Shown in pieces: positions 58,767 through 64,000 of a stretch of 64,000 nt of DNA (position 1 is the stretch's first letter; every line of letters begins with the position of its first letter). The notes below the pieces were generated by a model. That model searched no databases, was not told the DNA's origin, and was given only the letters and a program-made list of their open reading frames with translations. The DNA is from Labilithrix luteola. Its GTDB lineage: Bacteria; Myxococcota_A; Polyangia; Polyangiales; Polyangiaceae. Made by a program: the position numbers and the translations under genes. The DNA lies in assembly GCF_001263205.1 (NCBI RefSeq), contig NZ_CP012333.1, positions 11,121,377 to 11,185,376 of the forward strand, read 5' to 3'.

Positions 58767-60182
58767 ATGTCGGTCTCGCGCAGGCTTGGTCAAGCTTCTC
58801 TCGCTATCGTCACGCTTCTCGGAGCGGCCGTAGGCGCCTGCGCGTCGTCGGGTTCGGGGGAAGGAACCGAGTCCCCGTCGCCGAGCTCGTCGACCACGAC
58901 GCCGCCGACCACGACGAACAAGACCGACGATCCGATCCCCGATCAGCCCGACAAGGCGATCACGAAGGACGGCCAGCTCCTCTTCGCGGACGGCGCGCCG
59001 ATCGTCGGCCTCGACTACGCGTCGGGCGATACGAAGGGCACGACCGACGCGACCGGCAAGTTCACGTACGAAGACGGCAACACGATCAAGTTCAGCCTCG
59101 GCGACATGATCTTCGGAGAGCCGAAGGGCGCCGCGATTCTCACGCCGTACCAGCTGGCGGCCTCGGTCACGTGCGACGACACCGATCCGGTCAAAGTGCT
59201 CGTCGGTCTCCTCGAAACCCTCGACCAGGACAACAACGCGGCGAACGGCATCACGCTGCCGAAGGTCACGGCGGGCGGCACGGCCAAGGCGCTCATCCAG
59301 GCAACGGCCGAGGAGATCAACGCGTTCGTCGCGGCAAACGCGCCCGGCAAGACGCTCCCCGCCGCCGCCGACGGCCTCAAGGCGTTCATCACCGTCTTCG
59401 ACGCGGAGGCCTACACGGCCGGCGGTGCGTTGGAAAAATTCGCGATCACCACCGCTCCCGTTCGCTCCCAGGGCGTCGCGACGGACGGGACGAACGTCTA
59501 CTTCTCAGGCAACTACGGCTTCGACATCACCGACCCGGTCACCCTTGCGAGCAAGAAGTCGAACGCGCTCGCGATCCCCGGCGAGCTGATGCTCGCGGGC
59601 AGTGATCACATCGGCGACATCGACGTCTGGAACGGTACGATCTACGCGCCCATCGAAGACAGCAACGGTTACAAGCACCCCAAGATCGTTCTCTACGATG
59701 CGGCCTCGCTCCAGGCCGGAACTCAGTACGACATCCCGACGACGTTGCAGAGCGAAGGCGTTCCGTGGGTCGCCGTCGACGGTCCGCGCGGGTTCGCATA
59801 CATGGCTGAGTGGACCACCACGCCGGTCATCCACGTCTTCGACCTCGCGACGATGACGTTCAAGCACGACATCGCGCTCTCGAAGACGCTCGGGCGCATC
59901 CAGGGTGGGAAGGTCTACAAGGGGCTCCTCTACTTCTCGATGGACGACGCGAACAAGACCGTCGGCAAGATCCATCTCGCCACCGGCATGGTGATGGACC
60001 TCTTCACCATCAACATCTCGACGATCGAGCTCGAAGGCCTCGTGCTCTATCCGCGCGCGGCGGACGGCTCGATGCTCCACACCCTCGACATCGACCGCAG
60101 CGGCGGCAAGCTCCAAGCGAACCCCGAGTACCGCCACTTCAAGGCCACGAAAGAGCCGCTCCGCTGGAAGGCGTGCCCCTGA
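58767..60182 (+). CDS. Hypothetical lipoprotein
   Basis: Lipobox AVGAC. Ser/Thr/Pro linker. 471 aa. Confidence 0.65.
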   Translation: MSVSRRLGQASLAIVTLLGAAVGACASSGSGEGTESPSPSSSTTTPPTTTNKTDDPIPDQPDKAITKDGQLLFADGAPIVGLDYASGDTKGTTDATGKFTYEDGNTIKFSLGDMIFGEPKGAAILTPYQLAASVTCDDTDPVKVLVGLLETLDQDNNAANGITLPKVTAGGTAKALIQATAEEINAFVAANAPGKTLPAAADGLKAFITVFDAEAYTAGGALEKFAITTAPVRSQGVATDGTNVYFSGNYGFDITDPVTLASKKSNALAIPGELMLAGSDHIGDIDVWNGTIYAPIEDSNGYKHPKIVLYDAASLQAGTQYDIPTTLQSEGVPWVAVDGPRGFAYMAEWTTTPVIHVFDLATMTFKHDIALSKTLGRIQGGKVYKGLLYFSMDDANKTVGKIHLATGMVMDLFTINISTIELEGLVLYPRAADGSMLHTLDIDRSGGKLQANPEYRHFKATKEPLRWKACP

Positions 60183-60280
60183 GGCGACGTGGATCGATCG
60201 CTTCCGTGCGCTGAGGCGCTGGCGATCCAGTGCCCGGCGCACGCGCGGGAAATAGGCCGCGCGCACTCGCGAAGAAGGGC

Positions 60281-60481
60281 ATGCAGAAGACGGCGAAGTG
60301 GCTCGGCCGCGGAAGCCTCGCCGGCGTCGGCGCGCTCTTCGTCTACACGCTCGCTACGAAGAAAAGCCTGCGTGAGGTGATGGAGACGCTCGTTCCCGAG
60401 GAATGCGTCTCCACGTACGACTTCCTCACGCGCTCGCCGAACGCGTCGTCGCCAGTGACGCAAGCAACGCAATCGAAGTAG
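60281..60481 (+). CDS. Small hypothetical protein (66 aa) with one hydrophobic helix
   Basis: RBS-like GAAGAAGGGC upstream of the ATG. Sequence MQKTAKWLGRGSLAGVGALFVYTLATKK.... Confidence 0.3.
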   Translation: MQKTAKWLGRGSLAGVGALFVYTLATKKSLREVMETLVPEECVSTYDFLTRSPNASSPVTQATQSK

Positions 60482-60548
60482 CTCGGAAGCATCGCGTCAC
60501 GCGTCCTTCACGCTCGCGCCGCACGGAAGGCACGCGTACGATGGGTGC

Positions 60549-61829
60549 ATGAGCTCGCCCAGCACGTCGACGGATCACGCCGCAGATCGCGCCGCAACTC
60601 ACTTGGCCATCAACGGAGATCGCCTGTGGACCTCGTTGATGGAACTTGCACGTATCGGCGGTACGCCGAAAGGCGGGGTGTGCCGTTTGGCGCTGACCGA
60701 TCTGGATCGTCAGGGCCGTGATCTGGTCGTGTCGTGGGCCAAGAAGGCCGGCATGACCGTCACGATCGACAAGATCGGAAACGTGTTCATGCGCCGCGCG
60801 GGCAAGAACCCGAACCTCCCACCGATCGCCTGCGGAAGCCACATCGACACGCAGCCCACCGGCGGCAAGTTCGACGGCAACTATGGCGTGCTCGCTGGCC
60901 TCGAGGTCGTTCGGACGCTCAACGACCACGGCATCGAGACCGACGCGCCGATCGAGGTGATCTTCTGGACGAACGAAGAGGGCTCGCGCTTCGTCCCCGT
61001 CATGATGGGCTCGGGCGTGTTCGCCGGCGCGTTCAGCCTCGAGTCGGTCTACGCCGCGAAGGACGTCGAGGGAAAGACCGTCAAAGAGGAGCTCGAACGC
61101 ATCGGCTACGTGGGTGACGAAGAGCCGGGGAAGCATCCGCTCGGCGCGTACTTCGAGGCTCACATCGAGCAAGGCCCGGTGCTCGAAGATGCGAACGTGA
61201 CCATCGGCGTCGTGACCGGTGTGCTCGGATTGCGCTGGTACGACTGCGTGGTCAACGGCATGGAAGCCCACGCGGGCCCCACGCCCATGGCCCTCCGCAA
61301 AGACGCCTTGCAGGTGGCCGCGCGCATCATGCAGGAGACGGTGGCGATCGCGCTCCGCTATCCGCCTTACGGGCGCGGCACCGTCGGCTTCGTGCAGAAC
61401 TTCCCGAACAGCCGCAACGTCATCCCCGGGCGTGTGTCCTTCTCGATCGATCTTCGCAACGTCGACAGCGAGCGCCTCGACAAGATGGACGCCGAAATCC
61501 GCGCATTCATCGCGAAGACCGCCGAGGAATCGGGCCTGTCGATCTCGCTCGAGCAGGTCTCGTACTTCCCGCCCTGCCCCTTCGAGAAGGGCTGCGTCGA
61601 CGCCGTCGAGAGCGGCGCGAAGAAGCTCGGCTACTCGTACATGAACGCGGTGTCGGGCGCCGGGCACGACGCGGTGTACATGGCTCGCCTCGCGCCGGCC
61701 GGCATGATTTTCGTGCCGTGCAAAGACGGCATCAGCCACAACGAGATCGAAGACGCGAAGCCGGAGCACCTCGAGGCCGGCTGCAACGTGCTCTTGCACG
61801 CGATGCTCGACCGCGCCCGCGCGCGCTGA
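60549..61829 (+). CDS. M20-family Zn-dependent amidohydrolase (N-carbamoyl-amino-acid / allantoate amidohydrolase-like)
   Basis: Motifs GSHIDTQPTGGKFDG and NEEGSRF. A dimerisation-domain insert. C-terminal GAGHDA. Confidence 0.8.
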   Translation: MSSPSTSTDHAADRAATHLAINGDRLWTSLMELARIGGTPKGGVCRLALTDLDRQGRDLVVSWAKKAGMTVTIDKIGNVFMRRAGKNPNLPPIACGSHIDTQPTGGKFDGNYGVLAGLEVVRTLNDHGIETDAPIEVIFWTNEEGSRFVPVMMGSGVFAGAFSLESVYAAKDVEGKTVKEELERIGYVGDEEPGKHPLGAYFEAHIEQGPVLEDANVTIGVVTGVLGLRWYDCVVNGMEAHAGPTPMALRKDALQVAARIMQETVAIALRYPPYGRGTVGFVQNFPNSRNVIPGRVSFSIDLRNVDSERLDKMDAEIRAFIAKTAEESGLSISLEQVSYFPPCPFEKGCVDAVESGAKKLGYSYMNAVSGAGHDAVYMARLAPAGMIFVPCKDGISHNEIEDAKPEHLEAGCNVLLHAMLDRARAR

Positions 61830-61848
61830 GGGCGCCTTCGAATCGACG

Positions 61849-63210
61849 TCAGGGAATCGAAACTCCGACCACGTCGAGTGCGCCGGAGTTTTCCTGCGTC
61901 CAGTAGACGGCCTTGTGGCCCGGCGTCGACATTCCGCCGAGGAAGGTCCTCACGGCCGCCTTCGTCGTCACGTCGTGCCAGCTCGAGGCCCACTTCGTGC
62001 CGTCCCACGCCACGGTTTTGACCGTGCGCGCGGCGCCGACGTCGATCGCGTACAGCGAGAACGTGCTGCCCTCGCCGACGAGCACGAGGCCTCCTCCGAC
62101 GAGTGGCGTCATCGCCGGAATCGTTCCACCGGGCTGCCACGTCGTGCCCGTGAACCTGGCGTGCTCGAAACCGACCGATGCCGCGTAGCGCACGGCGTGC
62201 ATCTCCGTGTCGCTCACGCGGAACACCGACCAGTCGTTGTAGTTCTGCGTCGCATCGACCGCGAAGACCGCGCCCCCGGTCCAGGAACCCGACGCATACA
62301 CCCCGAACGCGAGGTTCGGAGGGTCAGGCTCCGCCTCTGCGTTCTCAGCGACCCAGAGAAGGCCGCCCGAGGTGAGAGGAACGAGCGTCTGCGCATTGAT
62401 CCAACTCTTCGGGAAATAGAACTCGTCTTGGATGGGAGCTTGCGACGAGAAGCTGGTTCCGGATTCGGAGCCGAAACGCCAAACGGCCCCGTTGAACGTG
62501 CCCCCATCGGAGACGAGATCGAGCGCATCGACGACGATGTTGCCGCCCGCGGTGAGGATGGTCGTCGCCGGACCGCCGACGGTGGTTTTCGGTGCGCCGA
62601 TGCTGCTCACTGTACGAGGGGCGTCGAAGGCGATGACGTCGCTCGGCAGTGTGGCCCGCGCATGCACGTGCGTTGCGCCGGAGCCGTCGAAACACGCGAT
62701 CGCGGCATGCACGACAGCCGCGTTCGGCATCGCGGCGATGCCGACGTTTCGACCGTCGCTGCCGTGCGCGACGGGCATCGCCAAGGTGTGCGCCGACGAC
62801 CAGCTCTTGAAGTCCTTCGACGAGAACGCGGCAAAGTCCTTCGTCCCGGACAGCGTGAAGAACCAATACGTGTCGTTCGGCTTCACGAAGACGAGGTGCT
62901 GCTGCTGCGCGTTGCCTGACGGCGCGGCGATACCAGCGCCCGAAACGATGACGACAGGGTCGGGATAGCCGGACGATCCACCCTCACCGTCCGCATCCGA
63001 AGCGTCGTTCCCTCCACCGCCGTCATCGAACGGTCCGCCATCGCTCGATGGCGAGCCATCTCCACCACCGGCGTCGGGTCCCGCGGAGGCGTCGGCTCCC
63101 GTGAGGCCGGGCGACACGTCGCCGCCTGACAGGCCACTCGTATCGACCAGGGCGGAACAACCAGCCGCGGCCGCTGCGAGCAGCGCGAAAACCGATAGAC
63201 GATTTTGCAT
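61849..63210 (-). CDS. Hypothetical lipoprotein with Gly/Asp/Ser-rich linker
   Basis: ATG 63210. Lipobox AAAAGC. GGGDGSPSSDGGPFDDGGGGNDASDADGEGG linker. Globular C-terminal domain. Confidence 0.65.
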   Translation of the reverse strand: MQNRLSVFALLAAAAAGCSALVDTSGLSGGDVSPGLTGADASAGPDAGGGDGSPSSDGGPFDDGGGGNDASDADGEGGSSGYPDPVVIVSGAGIAAPSGNAQQQHLVFVKPNDTYWFFTLSGTKDFAAFSSKDFKSWSSAHTLAMPVAHGSDGRNVGIAAMPNAAVVHAAIACFDGSGATHVHARATLPSDVIAFDAPRTVSSIGAPKTTVGGPATTILTAGGNIVVDALDLVSDGGTFNGAVWRFGSESGTSFSSQAPIQDEFYFPKSWINAQTLVPLTSGGLLWVAENAEAEPDPPNLAFGVYASGSWTGGAVFAVDATQNYNDWSVFRVSDTEMHAVRYAASVGFEHARFTGTTWQPGGTIPAMTPLVGGGLVLVGEGSTFSLYAIDVGAARTVKTVAWDGTKWASSWHDVTTKAAVRTFLGGMSTPGHKAVYWTQENSGALDVVGVSIP

Positions 63211-63428
63211 CGAAGCTTCAAACGCGAGCGTATCAGAAGGAACGCCCCGTTCGCGCATGTCGACCGATCGTTCGACGCGTTGTCGAGAAACCGTCCACGC
63301 GGGCTAGACTGCCTTTTCCACGGCCGCGCTTCCATAAGTAGAATTCACCAGCAATCTCGGCGGCTACGGCGGCGGCGATGGGAGCTCGCCACGCCGCCTT
63401 CGAGTCGTGCCACATTGGGGAGCGCGTC

Positions 63429-64000
63429 ATGGGGTTCTGGTCGTTCTTGAAAGGCAAGCCGGAGAGCCCGGAGAGCGCGCGCCCGGCGACCACGACGACG
63501 ACGGCGACCATCAAGCCCGTCATCGCGAAGCCGGCCCCGGCCGCGCAAGCGCCGGTCGACCCCCTCGGAACCGGCCTGCCGCCGGACATCGCCCGCCTCA
63601 CACGCGCAGGGCTCGCCGGCGGCCCCACGAGCGACGAAGCCATTGCGCTGCTCGCCGAACTGCGAAGGACGCCCGACGAAGCACGTGCCGTCGAGGAGCT
63701 CGCGCGCACGTCGCAGATTCGTCCCCTGCCCGAGCCGCTGCTGCTCGCGCTCGGATCGGCGATGGTCGATCGCGGAGAGCCGGAGGCCGCCACACGCGTG
63801 CTGGCCAATGCAGGCTCGTCCGCCGCGCTCGTCCTTCGCGCCGATCTCGCCGAGCAAAAGGGCGACGTCGCCACGGCGCTCGCGCTCATCGAACGCGTAC
63901 TCTTGCGCGATCTCGATCACTACGGAGCCCGTGAGCGGCATCGACGCTTTCGCACGGCGCTCGGCTTCGAGGTCGAACAGAAAGCGACGACGAGCGGCGT
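63429..64000 (+). CDS. Hypothetical protein (3' partial), Ala/Leu-rich helical
   Basis: ATG 63429 with GGGGAG upstream. Frame open to the window end. Strong GC3 bias. Preferred over the Arg-rich overlapping ORF 63407..63934. Confidence 0.5.
   Translation, partial: MGFWSFLKGKPESPESARPATTTTTATIKPVIAKPAPAAQAPVDPLGTGLPPDIARLTRAGLAGGPTSDEAIALLAELRRTPDEARAVEELARTSQIRPLPEPLLLALGSAMVDRGEPEAATRVLANAGSSAALVLRADLAEQKGDVATALALIERVLLRDLDHYGARERHRRFRTALGFEVEQKATTSG

Noticed and set aside
63407-63934. 175-aa Arg-rich plus-strand ORF, and minus-strand ORFs 63233-63941
   Set aside because: The frame starting at ATG 63429 has a better RBS, a balanced composition and strong GC3 bias. The others are Arg/Gly-rich alternatives in other frames.

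Overview
This 64 kb window is about 68-70% GC and is coding-dense throughout. The gene content points to a myxobacterial (Myxococcota) chromosome: tandem cysteine-rich repeat proteins of the TIGR02232 type, many lipoproteins, type IV pilus pilB/pilT, Hanks-type kinase, PP2C phosphatase and FHA-domain genes. I found no rRNA, tRNA or CRISPR array.

Contents, in order:
- 5' partial YWTD-like beta-propeller protein.
- S41 peptidase with an apparent frameshift.
- Minus-strand run: FHA-TM protein, PP2C phosphatase, Cu-ATPase CopA, CopZ, a His-rich metal-binding lipoprotein, and a triple-FHA ABC exporter ending at a strong terminator.
- A second FHA protein, then larC-larB (nickel-pincer cofactor genes).
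- Plus-strand: membrane protein, hypothetical, Ser/Thr kinase, zinc-dependent alcohol dehydrogenase, and a MITE-like element bounded by inverted repeats.
- A complete MoxR/DUF58/DUF4381/BatA/BatB/BatC/BatD/BatE aerotolerance-type operon followed by a flotillin.
- Housekeeping genes: 5'-nucleotidase, GFA, PAP2, thiolase, OsmC, and a 915-aa TPR protein.
- A five-gene same-strand block of cysteine-rich lipoproteins. Two of them share a near-identical ~320 bp Cys-rich module fused to different C-termini, and one carries 13 cysteine-rich repeats.
- pilT and pilB with a long inverted repeat between them, and a divergent fourth FHA protein.
- M20 amidohydrolase, lipoproteins, and a 3' partial ORF.

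The most unusual signals are the density of FHA/PP2C/kinase phospho-signalling genes wrapped around a triple-FHA ABC exporter and a copper efflux unit, and the modular Cys-rich lipoprotein cassette. All calls rest on motif recognition by eye, codon-position GC and start/stop/RBS inspection. No database searches were run.
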